Counted from the first letter of the whole stretch, positions 23,569 through 37,216 are shown. The stretch is DNA of 63,983 nucleotides, filler included, from Choristocarpus tenellus KU-1152 (GCA_964200185.2; 14 parts of 14 records of this genome joined end to end with filler, not necessarily neighbours in it); one strand, 5' to 3'. The notes: generated by a model not told the origin, from the letters alone. Made by a program: numbers and translations.

Positions 23569-24530
23569 TTTTTTTTTTTTTTTTTTGGTTTTTTGAAAAT
23601 ATCCTTTTTTTTTATTTNNNNNNNNNNNNNNNNNNNNNNNNNNNNNNNNNNNNNNNNNNNNTTAATTAATTAANNNNNNNNNNNNNNNNNNNNNNNNNNN
23701 NNNNNNNNNNNNNNNNNTTCTTTGCCTTTTTTTTTTCCCTCTTCCCCTTAGAATATTGGGCCGAACCCCCCCCCCCCCCCTCGCCTCGAAGGTTTCACCT
23801 CGATCTTGGTTCAGCATATATATATATTTATTTATTTTTCATACTTCAATGCTTTCTGATTGTGTTGCCTCCTCTTCCCGTATACCAAGAGATTATCTTG
23901 TGAGATGTGTGCACGACTGCAAAGAGTGTGCTCTTAGTGTATTTAAGTTGTGGCACCAGTTGATACTACAGCAGGTAAGGTTTTGTTAAGGTTAGGGTTG
24001 GGGTGTTTTTTGCACAAGCCTGCACTCTACTCCAGAAAAATTCCTGATCTCCACACGCAAAAAATACTCAATGGCATAAATAATTCCGAAAATGGTGGCG
24101 AAACGTTTTTTGCATGTTAAAGCTTGTCGCGAACTAAACTGCAACCCTGTCTAGAACACCGATTGGCTTGTTGTTGTTGTTGTGTCTTCGATGATCAACT
24201 AAGCTGCAGCTAAAAAAGTTTATGAAATGGAGTTCCCTTCTCCATAGTTAGTTGATTTTGAGGAAGAGAGATGATTTTGAGCAAGAGAAAAAAAGAAAAA
24301 GAAAAACGCAATAATCGTTTCTTCTTTCTTTCTGTTGTTTGAAATTTGTTTTAAAATTTTGATTAAATCAAATCGACGGAATAATTATCGAAGAGGTTTT
24401 GACTGCCAACTAATTCTAAAGACGAATTAAAACCCCTCCGCTCAAGCGTGCGCGCACACACACACACATACACACACCATGCTTTTGGTTCTAATTTTTT
24501 GTTTAATTTTTTACCCTGCTCCACCAATAG

Positions 24531-24638
24531 CCTTCATACATGACCATCCGGAACAAGCCCTACCCGTGGCCCTGCTCCAACTGTTCCTTGATGGACAGTA
24601 AGTGCTTTGCAGAATGCAAGGCAGCGGCTGGCGAGTAA
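24531..24638 (+). CDS. COX6A: Cytochrome c oxidase subunit 6A, terminal exon
   Basis: A pyrimidine tract and acceptor ccaatag| precede PSYMTIRNKPYPWPCSNCSLMDSKCFAECKAAAGE*. YMxIRxKP(Y/F)PW is the COX6A signature. The exon is too short for the ORF track. Confidence 0.8.
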   Translation, partial: PSYMTIRNKPYPWPCSNCSLMDSKCFAECKAAAGE

Positions 24639-27600
24639 TCATCTAGCAAGACCCAACAATCGTATCATTCCAACGATTTTTTTCGTTGTGTTGTAGAGGA
24701 AGGGGGAATGGGCCAGGAAGATGTGTTGAGGGGAAGGGAGGATAAGGAGATGGAGTGAGGATTGCGCTGTCTCTGTCTGGAGAGTGGGAAAGTAAGGTAC
24801 TGGCGGTTGGGATATAGGGGTATCATGTAGAGGAGGAGGATTTGAAGGCTGTGTTAAAGAGGCCAATTATCTTGGAATCTTCTTCGTGGAGAAGAATTGG
24901 CTCTGTTTGGCTTGAAAGGAGTGCACATCCTTCTTTGCAACATTTATCATACATATAATGTTAACGACTGAGTTGAAGTGTGGAGTGTGCGATGTCATCG
25001 ATAGGAGGGAGCCTGGCAGAGCCCCACCCTCTGCTTGTCATCCTCTTTGTATCCCCCTTTGATGTCTGTCTTGTCCGTTGTGCTCAGCTGGATCTACAAG
25101 ATGGTACTGTTGCTTTGGTAGTGTGGAGGTCCAACTCGTCTTTGCCATGTGTTTGGTTGCAGTCTAGCTTCTTCTTTTGCTTGCTCCTTGTTTGTTCCTT
25201 GCCCTTTGTGCCAGCGGGTGAAGGGAGGGCTGGGATCCGGTGAATGTTTGAGAGGAGGTTAGTACTGTGACTTCGGTGGTGCAATCACTGACCCGCTTCT
25301 ACATGGACCTGCGATTAGCTTTGTTAGTAGTATACAATCTCCATTGTGTATCAGTGATCGCTTCTGTTCCTAGTGACACTGTCAGGGGGTAGTGTGTAAG
25401 AGAGGTGGGTGCCTCTCATCTCAGTGTGTGTGTTTTACACATCTATGATAACATACACACACCTGTTCGATTGTTTTGAGTTAGGACCACACATGTGAGG
25501 AGGATGTACTACTGAGAAACGCCCTGGGCAGTTTTGTCTCGAACTATGATCCTCTAGATGACTAGGCTGATTGATGAAAGATGTGCGTATCGCAGTGAGA
25601 TATTCTGCACAGCGATGGTTTTCGCTTCTGTTCTTGTAAGTGTTTCGGGTCTGTCTTGTAAGGTAGAGATACTTTTTATGTGTTTTGCCAGTCTTCTACG
25701 ATTCATTATCAAAGCTTACCGACATACATCTCCAGCTGGTGATAAGCAGGAAGCCCGAAAAGAGCTTGAAACGATGTTTCGGTGTTATAGTTGTGGGAAC
25801 ATGAGCCTACAAATAGTTCCTGGGTTTGTTTTGCTCATGCCTTGTTCATTTGTTTTTGTGTACTACTTGTAAATGGTAGAAATATCGATACTAACTTTCT
25901 ACCTTCTGATATTTTCTCAAAGTTGAGCTGCATGTATGGTGGGTTTTTTTTCATGCCCACTGGAACACGGACTCCATTTGCTATATTATTTACAGTTCTT
26001 GAGTTTTTTGTATCTTATTGTAGAGTACCTTGTTTTGTCAAATGATGACTATGAACAGGTACAGGCCATTGTTGGTTATTAGTTGAAATGTAGTGGTTTC
26101 TATGTACAAACATACGTAGCACTACATGGGTGCCCAAAAAGGTGTGTTCAACCTCAGCTATCCTGGTAGACATCGCCCTTACAAGAGGTCACTACCACTG
26201 TGGTAATTCCAGACACTGTGGTGCTTACTGAGTTGCCCACCTGTGTAGTGAGTGGTACAAGTCCTTGAGATCATGAGACCATTGCTCTCTCTCTCTCTCT
26301 CTCTCTTGGAGTTGTTCCTTTGTTGTGAGAGATTGAATTGATGGAAACAACATGACACTAAAAAGAGTGGAGTGAGAACTGAATAAACTTTGCTTCAAAA
26401 AAAATGATGATCGCATATAATGTGCTAGTGCTATTATTAGTATTGGCATTGTTACTGTTGGTGTAAGCAGGAACCAATGCAAGGTTGTAATGGTTACACC
26501 TGTGTGGTAATTGTGACAGAAGACTTAAAGACAGATTTTTCGTGTTTATTACCCTCAATAGAGGTGCGTGTGTATCTCCACCACCAAGTGTGAAATGTAT
26601 TGATACATCGAAGGTCTCTCCCCCTATTGATGGATCAAGCGAAAAGCGGTTTCGAGTAATAGGTCGAATGAATTTTTTAAAACAATTGAACGTGGTGGGA
26701 GTTCGAATATTTTGATGGAACGACAGTAACCTTTTGGAAAAGGTGAGGACCTTACCTGGTTTGTCCTTGTTAGTTTGGGGTGTATGTTATCGTTCAATAA
26801 TAACGTTAGCAATTTGTACAATAGTTTCGGAAGGTTTCACTTACTACTACTAGGTAGCGATAAACCTCGAAATTGTTCCTATCATGCAACGGGCAGTCCT
26901 TCGGATCAGTTCTACTTCATTATTATCAACTTCCAAGTCTTAACGTCGCATCACATAATGCGTACGTACATGTATGTGTTTCTGAGGTTGAGTCCCATAT
27001 TTACAAGAAGCTGTGAAAGAAGTAATCATCATCATGTGTGGTATCATGCACCTTGCTGGGAAAGTCGCCTCTTTTTCTTTCCTAACGTCCATACAACAAA
27101 AAAATAAATGTATTGAGGTACGTTCACAAATAAAAATAAAAATCCGGTTTATATACCACGAAGAATTGACGACTATTGTGTCTGAGGTACTTCCTTGTCG
27201 TACAGTAGTTTTATTTTCATGTCCTCTGACATTTTGGGGATGTGTTAGGTGAAAAACCAATGAAAACTATACACATGTCAGAAAAAATATGCAGTACTTT
27301 CTATGCAAGGGAGGTAGGGGGGGCGAAGGGGAAGGGGATGGTGACCCAATACCCAACAACACACTCCTCTAAGATGGGATGGCTCAGTTATCAATTCGGT
27401 ACTGTTCCATACGTATGTTGATGCAGACTGAGTGACATCACAAACAGTCAACAGCTTGTGATGTTTTCAAAATACCATTCCATAAGCCACCCCATGATAG
27501 GAAAAAGTGCAGATAATATCTCTCACTTTCTATAATAATAGTAATAATTATTATTATAATAATAATTATTATTATATTAAATCCTGTGGATTCAACAAAA

Positions 27601-27699
27601 GCAATGGAGAACCATGTCCTTCACGGACCATCGTTACTTAGTTGGGCAGCATATGCTCTAGCTGGGACAGGATTGTTTACAAGCATTCCCATCTAAGGA

Positions 27700-28150
27700 C
27701 ACAACAACCGCTTTTCATTTCCTAGCAGGCTTTGAACCATCAAGTACCCTATTATGAGCTGCGCCAGTGATTGGATGAGATCTCCACCCTTTATTGTCTC
27801 TGAAGCTCCGTTCCAGGTTCCTAACTTCCTTCTCAACCCCTGTCCACCTTCCTACAACTAATCCATATCTATCTGTCCCGCCTCCCTCATAGCAGTACCA
27901 CTAAAGTCTGTTCTTCTGCGGCCACCTCAACAGCAGTATGCATAGTGGTCTGTGGCAGAGCCAAGGTAGTTATCCATCCCACTTCCTGCTGTGTACTGCC
28001 CTGGCATAATGCCCTCGTTCTCCAATTGATGTCACGGGTAACTACTGAGTCAATCGCGATGTTTTTGAGCAACATACGTGCCTCTCTCTCCCTAATCATG
28101 AGTATCCGGAATACTACATGTGCTCTGCCGGTTCACCTGATTCTGTGAGA
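27700..28150 (-). mobile_element. Possible highly decayed CRE-like endonuclease remnant
   Basis: TLALPQTTMHTAVEVAAEEQ followed in another frame by YGLVVGRWTGVEKEV only loosely echoes the RLE tail seen at 50.2-50.6 kb. Confidence 0.3.
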
Positions 28151-28727
28151 GAACTATTCATCCTAAATCACACAAGAATGGTGATCTTACAGAGTGAAGA
28201 AGAGGATGTGTTTTGTTCTTCGTTGTTGGCTCTTATGCAGTGAACCTTCATATTGTGTTGTTCATGACGTCAGCACCCTCCCTCCAGAACTCCACTACGT
28301 CACGTACATCCTTCAACAGGAGGTTTCGACAAAGGTGCAGATGGAGAGAAGGACAGTTTAGTGTTAAAAAAAGCCTCTTTGTAGACTCGAATTTTGTGTT
28401 GTTACAAACAGGGTAACATACGTTTTTTTCACATAAGAGGAGAGATTACTGTGTTGCAGTCGTTACTGTGGAGTTGTCCATTAGTAGTTCCATGAATCGG
28501 AAGGTCTGGTGAGTACAAATGACATCAAATGCTATTTTTTTTCGAGGTGTTCGATTAGAATTGACATGTCAGCAAAAGGACGTAAGGTGAGAATGCCTCC
28601 AAGTTGGTGGGGGACTCCGCTTGAGGCTCTTGCGTTTTAAGGATACTCCAATTTGCATGCTCTTTTCCCCACACCGGGCACACCCCTGACGCTGTCATGT
28701 CTGAGAGACCCCTTATACACACACATA

Positions 28728-28805
28728 GGCTCAAAGTATCTGGGGGGGGGTGGAAGCTGTCCATTTGGAGTCAATTATTTCATGTCGTGATCTTTGGGTG
28801 ATTTG
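28728..28805 (+). mobile_element. MITE family B, 5' part (contig edge)
   Basis: GGCTCAAAGTATCTGGGGGGGGGG...ctgtccatttgg. Confidence 0.85.
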
Positions 28806-28905
28806 NNNNNNNNNNNNNNNNNNNNNNNNNNNNNNNNNNNNNNNNNNNNTTAATTAATTAANNNNNNNNNNNNNNNNNNNNNNNNNNNNNNNNNNNNNNN
28901 NNNNN

Positions 28906-29078
28906 GGGGGGGGGGGGGGGGGGGGTGGCGACTGTCCATTTGGGGCCTAATTTTTCATGTCGCAATTTTTGTGTGATTTGGTTCCATACATTGGATGGAC
29001 AATGAAAGTGCACTTTTCCTGGTTTTGGTCCAAATGGACACTCTGGTGTAGACACCCCCCCCCCATATACTTTGGGTC
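28906..29078 (+). mobile_element. MITE family B (different copy from 28728)
   Basis: poly-G...actgtccatttgggg...CCCCATATACTTTGGGTC. Confidence 0.85.
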
Positions 29079-30281
29079 AATACGCAGTAGAATATATTAG
29101 AACCGTTGTATTTTCAACAGTATAATCTCCAAGTCATATCTCAACGACTATTGTGGACAAGAACCAACAGTCACAAACGAAATCCTGCGGAAACAAAAAA
29201 TACCGTAAGTGATGGAATCTTGCACTTGCCTCGCAAGGTGGGGCAGGGTGTCAGCTACACTACTAACACCACCAATGTCAAACAGTGACAACACTTAGTT
29301 GAACCTGCCTTCTAAGGCTGGAGAGGGCGACCTATTGTTATCAGCAATACTTGGATGAAAGAGGCGTGCCCTCCAAGCAAGGATCGTCAGCCGAAAGTAG
29401 AAGTTCGAATACCCACACGTACATGGGCAGGGAGGAATGAGAGTAAGGAATGATACTCTCCAAAAAATACAGGGCGAGCCAATTTTTTTTTTCTGACCTA
29501 CGGAGGCGTAGGGTGCGAAAGCAAATCGCATGTACAAGGAAAATGATCAAGGTCGCATCACTATTTTTACAATCCTGACCGAGCTGAGATAAGCAGCAGG
29601 ATTTGTGCCATACCAATGTGCGACTTGAAACTATTGGTTTGTAAAAAAGGTTTAAAATCCATGGAACGGGTTAGTAAGGAACAGAAAATAAACTATCACA
29701 TGTTCATGATACCCATATAATTCCATCCATGGAGATTTCTAGAACACTCGCATCTACCGATATGTACATACATGCTCCTCTAACAATATTTATCTCCAAA
29801 CTAGGTCATACATATGGATATGCATATACTACGTATACAATGCGCCCCGGCAAACTGAGGCAGGTAAACAGGAAGCTGGGGAATATAGGCAAGAACCACC
29901 ATGACGAGAATGAAAAGGCAGGCAAACAGGAGGAAGTTGGGGAAAAGGGGGTAAAATTCACGACAAACAAAGCAAGAAAAAGGCCAACCTCCCATGCTCT
30001 TGGTTGACCAGCTGTTACACAGCGTCCCAGCTCAGATTGAACGCTTCGATCCTCTTAAAACACAATCGGTTGGAGCACCAGGACCTCTATCCAACGGAGG
30101 AGTGGTACGAGTGTGTGTCTGATGGCACAACGAGATTCGTTCCAGATTGTTAATCCTAAGATGTGACAGCTAATGTACGTCATGCCAGAGGAGAAGGCAA
30201 GCTCACCCATACCATCTCTGTCTCTGCTGAATGCTGTTTTTTTGGGGGGGTAATTTTTTGCATTGTTTGTTCATTTTATTT

Positions 30282-30432
30282 TTTCTCTTCCCCGCAACTT
30301 TTTTCCCTGATGGTATTTTTCTCATCTCCGCAATTTTTGTCCCTGATGGTATTTTTTTTCTTCCCCGCAATATTTTGCTGATGGTATTTTTCTCTTCTCC
30401 ACAACGTTTTTCCCTGATGGTATTTTTTCTCC
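30282..30432. repeat. Tandem repeat, four units of about 38 bp (ttttctcttcccgcaa..ttttccctgatggta)
   Basis: Direct reading. Confidence 0.85.
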
Positions 30433-30877
30433 TGTAGGTTCTATCCTTCCTTTTCTGTTCTTTTCATTCCTTTTATTTCCTTTTCTTCCATCACTCCTTT
30501 GTTTTTCTTTCTTGGTCCTTGTTGCCTTTCCTCACTCAATGTGTATTGCTCTCTTTGGATCAGCATATAAAAATAAACATTGTTTCGGCAAAGACGCAAT
30601 TCGCGTGTAAATCGCACACAAATGTACATCCCTCGCGCTTAATGCGCGAGACGAAATTGTTTTCACGTTCTTTTTCTTCAAGTTGGTGCTTTTTTTCTAC
30701 ATATATTGTTTTTCAAGGTTCTTCAAATTGTGTAATTTTCTTCATTTCCGAATCCCAACGAGAAAAAAGCGGAACAAAATTGATGTACTAAATGGGATTT
30801 TGTACTACTCGGTACAAAACCGGGCATCCGACTATGTGCCAAATGGTACAATAGCGGGATAATTATTAAAGCATGAT

Positions 30878-31218
30878 TGCACACGTCTGACGACTACAAC
30901 TAGTAATCGTGGTAATCGTAATCGTTGAGCTAATCTTGGAGAGTTTCAAGAATTAGTCATAGAATCGACTAATAATCGTGGCATTCCCGGGAAAGCAATC
31001 GTAGAATCAATCAAATAATCGTGGTGAGGTAGGAAATCAATCGTGGAATCGACTAATTAATCGTGGCGAGCTGGGAAATCAATCATGGAATCGACTAATT
31101 AATCGTGACGAGCTGGGAAATCAATTGTCGAAGTGACTAACAATTGTCAGTTTATTTTTCGACACCCACGATCGTGATTAAATAGTTTTTATAATTAAAT
31201 AATTGTCAGACGTGTGCA
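30878..31218. mobile_element. TIR element (341 bp) containing a 42-bp tandem array
   Basis: Perfect 14-bp inverted repeat TGCACACGTCTGAC (30878-30891) / GTCAGACGTGTGCA (31205-31218). The unit ggaaatcaatcgtggaatcgactaattaatcgtggcgagctg starts at 31032, 31074 and 31116, with more degenerate copies upstream. Confidence 0.7.
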
Positions 31219-32704
31219 GGGTAGTGAAAAGACGAAACACCGAATCGACTCAAAGACGCGCTACAACATGATTGTCTGTACGCCACATACTCCACGGGTC
31301 AGCGGATACATAGAGTTTAACCAAACTGAAGAGGGGCTGATTGCCAACGGTGGGTGACAGATTGTTTTCGTTGTTCCATAATCGCCTGATGACTATTATG
31401 ATATATGAAGCTGTTGTCGAGTTGGCCTTGCTATGTGCATTGACAGTAAGTCCGTTATGGTCCTTTTCTTTGCTCATCATCTTTATCNNNNNNNNNNNNN
31501 NNNNNNNNNNNNNNNNNNNNNNNNNNNNNNNTTAATTAATTAANNNNNNNNNNNNNNNNNNNNNNNNNNNNNNNNNNNNNNNNNNNNCCACTACCTTTTG
31601 TGCACAACTGTTTTGTTCTTCCCCACCCACACCCCCTTCCTGCCGGGCTACCGCTTGGGCCCTTTCCCCCCCCCCCCCCCGTGCGCACACCCGCCTTTCG
31701 CCAACCTGTGACAAGACAAGGTGCATGCAACCCTTCCTCCCCCCTGTAACGGTCTTGAAAACATCTTCAACAACAACCCCTTTCTATTTTTATCTATTTA
31801 AAAAATATTAATAATGGAATATAGATGTTAGGATTAAGCAAGAGCAGATTGTGTAGGTGTTGGATGGTTTTCTTTGTCGGGGGGGGTGTCACAAAATCAG
31901 ATACCAACACAAGAGCAGAGTGGCCCCGAGCTCTTCTTGTACCTTGATGTTATTGTTGTTTCAATCCTAGGGGATATTTTAGCCTTTTCAACTACTGTAT
32001 GCTCTTCCACGGTGGTTGACCTCAATATTTACTTTAGTTCAGGAGTCAGTACTGGTGGAGTAGCAATGATTGCACTGTATATATATATATATATTATTTT
32101 ATTTTTTTATTAAATCTCTTGCTCTGTCAGTTGTGAAAAGGTGGCCTCCCCTCTCTCCCCCCCCCCTGTAAAAATGATTTGGCTGTGGGTAAAATACCTT
32201 ACGGAGGTGGTGCACAGTGGCTATTAGTGGTGTGGATATCCAACATCCTAACCCTAAACGCTCTTAGTCTTCCTATAGATTGTACTACTACAATAGTAAT
32301 AATTATGTGGTATGTTTTATGTACGTACAATTAATAGTACAATATAGTACTACTAAGAACGCTATTGCATTAAGAATACAGTGAATGCCTTTATATGTAC
32401 AAGTAGTATAATGTGGTATCGTTAGTACAATCTGTGTTACTGTTAATAAAACTGTGATACTGTTAATACAATCTTTGATACTGTTAGTACAATCTTTGAT
32501 AAGTGTTAATAAAACTGTGATACTGTTAATACAATCTGAATTAGAAAAGATTTTACAGTAGCTGTGTACACAAAGGTAATATCAATATCAATATCAATGT
32601 AAATATCAATATACTCTCATCGAGTCTCTTTGTTGGAGTTGGTACATATTTCTCCTTTTGCAACTTCACCCTCTAAAGTATTATCCATAATGTACCGTCA
32701 ACGT

Positions 32705-32848
32705 ATGCACTCTTTAGTCATCACATATACACACTCTTTATTCATCACACATACACTCTCTTTATTCATCACACGTATGCACTCTTTATTCATCACATGT
32801 ACACACTCTTTATTCATCACACATACACACTATTTATTCATCACACGT
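32705..32848. repeat. 24-bp minisatellite x6 (cactctttattcatcacacatata-like)
   Basis: Direct reading. Confidence 0.9.
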
Positions 32849-33042
32849 AAACGCCTTGGAAGGTTTCGGAGACCTCCACTCTGGCGTTCATTGTTGTGGA
32901 AGGAGCCGCTGGGAGATGTGTGGAGCTTACTGGGGGGTACCAGGCGATAGCACTCCTGAGGGAGGTGTCTGCTTCGCTCTCCTCTTACGTACAGGTGAAA
33001 GCTTTTTCTGGTCTGTATAGTGTACCACTTACTAGTGTACTC

Positions 33043-33272
33043 TTTGGTACTTTGGTACTTTGGTACTTGCTCACCTAGGTGATACTACTTTAGTACTTTG
33101 GTATTTTGGTACTTTGGTACTTTAGTACTTGCTCACCTAGGTGGTAATATTTTGGTATTTTGGTACTTTGGTACTTTAGTACTTGCTCACCTAGGTGGTA
33201 CTATTTTGATATTTTGGTTCTTCGATACTTTGGTACTTTTGTACTTTGGTATTTTGGTACTTGGTCACTTAG
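33043..33272. repeat. TTTGGTAC-based satellite with about 60-bp higher-order unit ending tacttgctcacctaggtg
   Basis: Direct reading; the higher-order unit occurs four times. Confidence 0.9.
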
Positions 33273-34408
33273 GCGGTACAAGCTCCAAGCATTGAGTGTT
33301 TTTGTTTTGTAAGGAAAGGCGTTATGATTGCATTTCGCTTGATTTTTTTTTCTTTATCTAACTCGCTTTTTCACTTGTTCTTCTTAACAGTTTGCGGTGC
33401 AGGCTGTTAATGTGCAAGATGGTCTATACCGGACCTTACATTGTTTATTGTGAGCATCTTTTCCAGAAACCCATCCTGAGGTTTGCCCTAAAAAACTTCA
33501 TGAGATCGTACCAGATTTTTCACTATTTTTATGTGTGTTGCAAACACCCGTCCTGAAGTTTGCCCTAAAACCTTTCCGAGAGTTGACTTTGTTTACCCTA
33601 ACCCTACGCCACTTCTTGTGAAGCTGAAATAAGCGCCTTCCTAATGTGGGATAAAAAACGCCCTGCAAACTGTTAGAACTGATGCTGAAGAGAGAGAGAG
33701 AGAGAGAGCTAGAGCAGTTCAAAGCACACACCTTACGTACCCATCCTGTCCCCACTATTTTTTCATCTTTTTATCCTTTTTTTTTTTTTTTGCTGCACCT
33801 CCCAGGGGGTCCTTGGAGCGGCTCGCGCGGCGCGTTTCCTGTGCGGAGGAATGTTCTCGGAAGGTTCCTCTCGGAATACACTCACTAAAGGCAACACGGC
33901 TGTACCAGAGGCCGCAGGGCATGATATTGGCTCTGGGGCCAACCCAGGAGTTACCACAGTGACAGGGGCTCAGGTGGCTCCCCCTGCAGGTGGTAAAGGT
34001 GCTGCGGAGGCTGTTGCTGGGGCATTGGGAGGTCGGGGGTTGGTGTGGGGAGCTGATCAATTTGACTGGCAGTTTTTGCAAGGGGCTTTGGTGCTGTTGA
34101 GAGCTGCTGGGCTATGCCGGTCCCAACTGGCTTCGCTGGAGCAGGTATGTTGGTACATCAGTATTGTTGGTGGTGCATGTATGCGTCTTTTGTTTAGTCC
34201 TTTTTTTGGAGGTTTTTTCCATTGGTGCTTTGTTCTGGGGGGTTAGAGTTAGGCGTGTGGAGTTGTCAAGGTTGTACTAGAAACGTGTCTGTACGGGTAT
34301 ACATAAGAGTTTTTTTTTTATCGTGTTAGGGTTGGCGGGCATTGGTTATTGGCAGGCGTTTTTTTCTCCTTTTGCCTTGAGGCGTTTGTGTGTGGGTGTG
34401 GAGTTTTG

Positions 34409-34439
<31 letters not shown>

Positions 34440-34702
34440 TCCTGTTCATTGTTCTTCGTTTTTTTGTCAGGGTTAGGGCTAGGGACAATAGAATACATTT
34501 GGTTCATTGGGAGGTGTATCGTTTTTGTGTGTATTGTAGTGTACAGTCTCATCCTCTCCTGCTCATGTACTCTGGAGTTGTAAGTTGAAATGCCTTCTCT
34601 TGTATCGCACACGGTTTTCTCGAACAAATATTTTGTTGTTATATGTTGTTATATGTTATTCATTCTGCGCGTGAAAGTCTCTTGTTTCTTGCTGAGAATT
34701 TT

Positions 34703-34787
34703 GAAATGTCAATATAAAATGTCAATATAAAATGCCAATTTAAGATGTCAATCTAAAATGCCAATTTAAAATGTCAATATAAAATGT
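34703..34787. repeat. 14-bp minisatellite (aaaatgtcaatata) x6
   Basis: Direct reading. Confidence 0.85.
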
Positions 34788-35073
34788 CGTGTCAGATTTT
34801 ATGCCCCGCTCTGGCGAAATAACAAATTAGAATGCACCACACTATTTTTTATTTTTAGTCTTCTTTTTTCACATTACATTTTGTTTTTATTTTTAATTTC
34901 ACGTACCATGGTTTCTATGTAGAGAAAAGAAAATATGTCTTCTATTCTGTCTGGAATTGCTTCTTCCCCCCCCNNNNNNNNNNNNNNNNNNNNNNNNNNN
35001 NNNNNNNNNNNNNNNNNTTAATTAATTAANNNNNNNNNNNNNNNNNNNNNNNNNNNNNNNNNNNNNNNNNNNN

Positions 35074-35143
35074 CCCAAAATCGCGACATGAAAAAATTTA
35101 CCCCAAATGGACAGACGCCACCCCCTCCCAGATACTTTGAGCC
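35074..35143 (-). mobile_element. MITE family B, partial
   Basis: ccccaaatggacag...CCCAGATACTTTGAGCC. Confidence 0.85.
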
Positions 35144-37216
35144 TCCAGCAGAACCCGCTCCATTTAACACAACGCCAAGCTGCATGATCCGTCACTTCAA
35201 AAAAATGCTTCTTGTACGTACCAGAGCCACCATCGGAGGATACTACCTCTGCTTGCACTCGATGCCGCACACAGGGCAGATAAACATCCTCTCGGGAATA
35301 TTCATATATATTTCGAGGTATATATATGACTTGATTTGCATTCCAGATCTCCATGGTGACTTATGATCATTAGCAGTCTCGTACTTATGTACCCTCTGTT
35401 TGCATTAACTGTTTCCGGCGTGCTGGGATCCCTTACAATGTGTCAGAAGGTGTATTTGTAGTAACTGCACCAGTGAAATCTACTTTTTCAACCTACTCCA
35501 TGCAACTCAAAGTAGAAAGCGTGAGGGTTTTGTTCAATGTCTATGTGAGCGCATGGGACAAGGGCTTTCCCTCGTCTGAACCTTTGACATTCGGAAAGCA
35601 TGATGATTGGAGGGCTGCATCATCCAAGGGATGAGGTTAGGTTCTGACCTTGCAGAGAACATTCCCCACCTCTCAGGGACAGTGCTGGAACAGCAGCAGA
35701 GGGAAAGGCACAGGGGGGGGCTGTTTGACATCTGAAAGAGAGGCACGCCAGATTAAACACTTGGCTCCATCAGCCAAAGGAGGAAAGGCGCAGGGGGGAA
35801 TGACTGCTTGGGTATACCCATGGGGGTCGTACTTGGGGAAAATGATAAGTAGAAGTTCCACCACTAAGCAACCACAGTACTCAAGCAGCACCAGAAGAAC
35901 AGGCATTATAAGGGTACTGTGCCTGGGTAGCGAGGGTAAGTGTTTTCTAGGTAAAGAGGTGGACTGTGGCGGAGAGGGTTCAGTGCCTACTGGTGCAAAA
36001 TTCCACATTGAACGGTGGCTAAGGAAAAAACAATAAACACATGCAATTGTGGGATCTGTTTGTAGCTTTGACCTTGAAATATCTACAAAGGGATACTAAA
36101 GTAGTACTTTGAAGTAATAATGAAGACATGACAGGCCAGGGCCTTGCCAAATACAAAAAAAAAATCACGCTCTGGGTCAACGATTCTTCTTTCGATCTTG
36201 TTCAACAAAAAACATTTTTGTCAAGGTAAAATGGAAGAGTGAGGGCAATAAACAATATTTTTTATTGTTCCCTTGATTAACTTGAACAAAAATGGACTAC
36301 GAGCAGAAGAGAAAGGGGGGATGTTTCTAACGATAGTTACAAACTTGCATCGCTTCGCTTCTAGTGATAGCTACTAATAGTAATGTATCGTTTTAACTCC
36401 ATTCAGAACAACGACAATGATGTATACACTTGGTGTGGTCACCGTCGGGTTCCTTTAGAAGAGTAACTCCTATTAGAAATTTCAATGCCAGTAATCTGTT
36501 GAGTACAACCCTAGTGTCGGTCAAAACGGAGAAAGCCTTGTGTGGAAAAATAGGATAATCATAAGGTGTACCCTGTTTTGTGTATGTGAGATTATGATAT
36601 TGAATTGAGTCTATGTGGTGTAACTAATGAGATAGTACATCCGGATTATGTATGGGTTTTGGTACTGCAGAAAAACTATTCTAACACAATCGTCGACTTA
36701 CATATATATGGGGCACAAATAACAAAAAAACAAGCAATAAGAAGGCACCCCATAAGACCACTCTTCTTTTCAACTATATGATTTTATTTAGCAATGGGGA
36801 ATCGTATGAGGCTCCCATCTCTTTCTTCTCTCTTCTTCCATACTGACACAAACAGCAGTCTAAGTGAGCTCCAACCTTTCATCGTACTAGGATATTTAAT
36901 ACAACCTTGACTTGCTAGGACGTATTGGAACCTATGTCTACAATTCATGCGACTTCATCCCTTCATCACTTCGTAAACGTTTTTACAGGGAGTGTACAAA
37001 TCTTCATTATTCTAAAATATACTTTTGATCATTTGTTAGCTAATATGACAAACTATCACACCAAATAAAATTATACTATTTTAGAGTACACAGCCGGGTA
37101 CCGTCTGAGACAAACTGTTACGCCCACTCATTAAAAAGAAGACATTTTGAACATTCTAGTAGTTATTGGCATCATTTGGAAACTCATTTCGGGATTGAGA
37201 AACATGATCAAAACTG

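Noticed and set aside
23515-23590. Long T/G/T homopolymer block (and poly-C at 10623-10685)
   Set aside because: Located at contig ends, where lengths are unreliable and probably sequencing artefacts.
23890-23973. Exon-like segment ending CAG|gtaagg upstream of the COX6A exon
   Set aside because: The translation lacks the COX6A transmembrane/His-rich features, so it cannot be assigned.
30960-31140. Regularly spaced repeats resembling a CRISPR array (also 19352-19486, 33043-33272)
   Set aside because: The units are contiguous tandem copies without unique spacers, there are no cas genes, and the context is eukaryotic.
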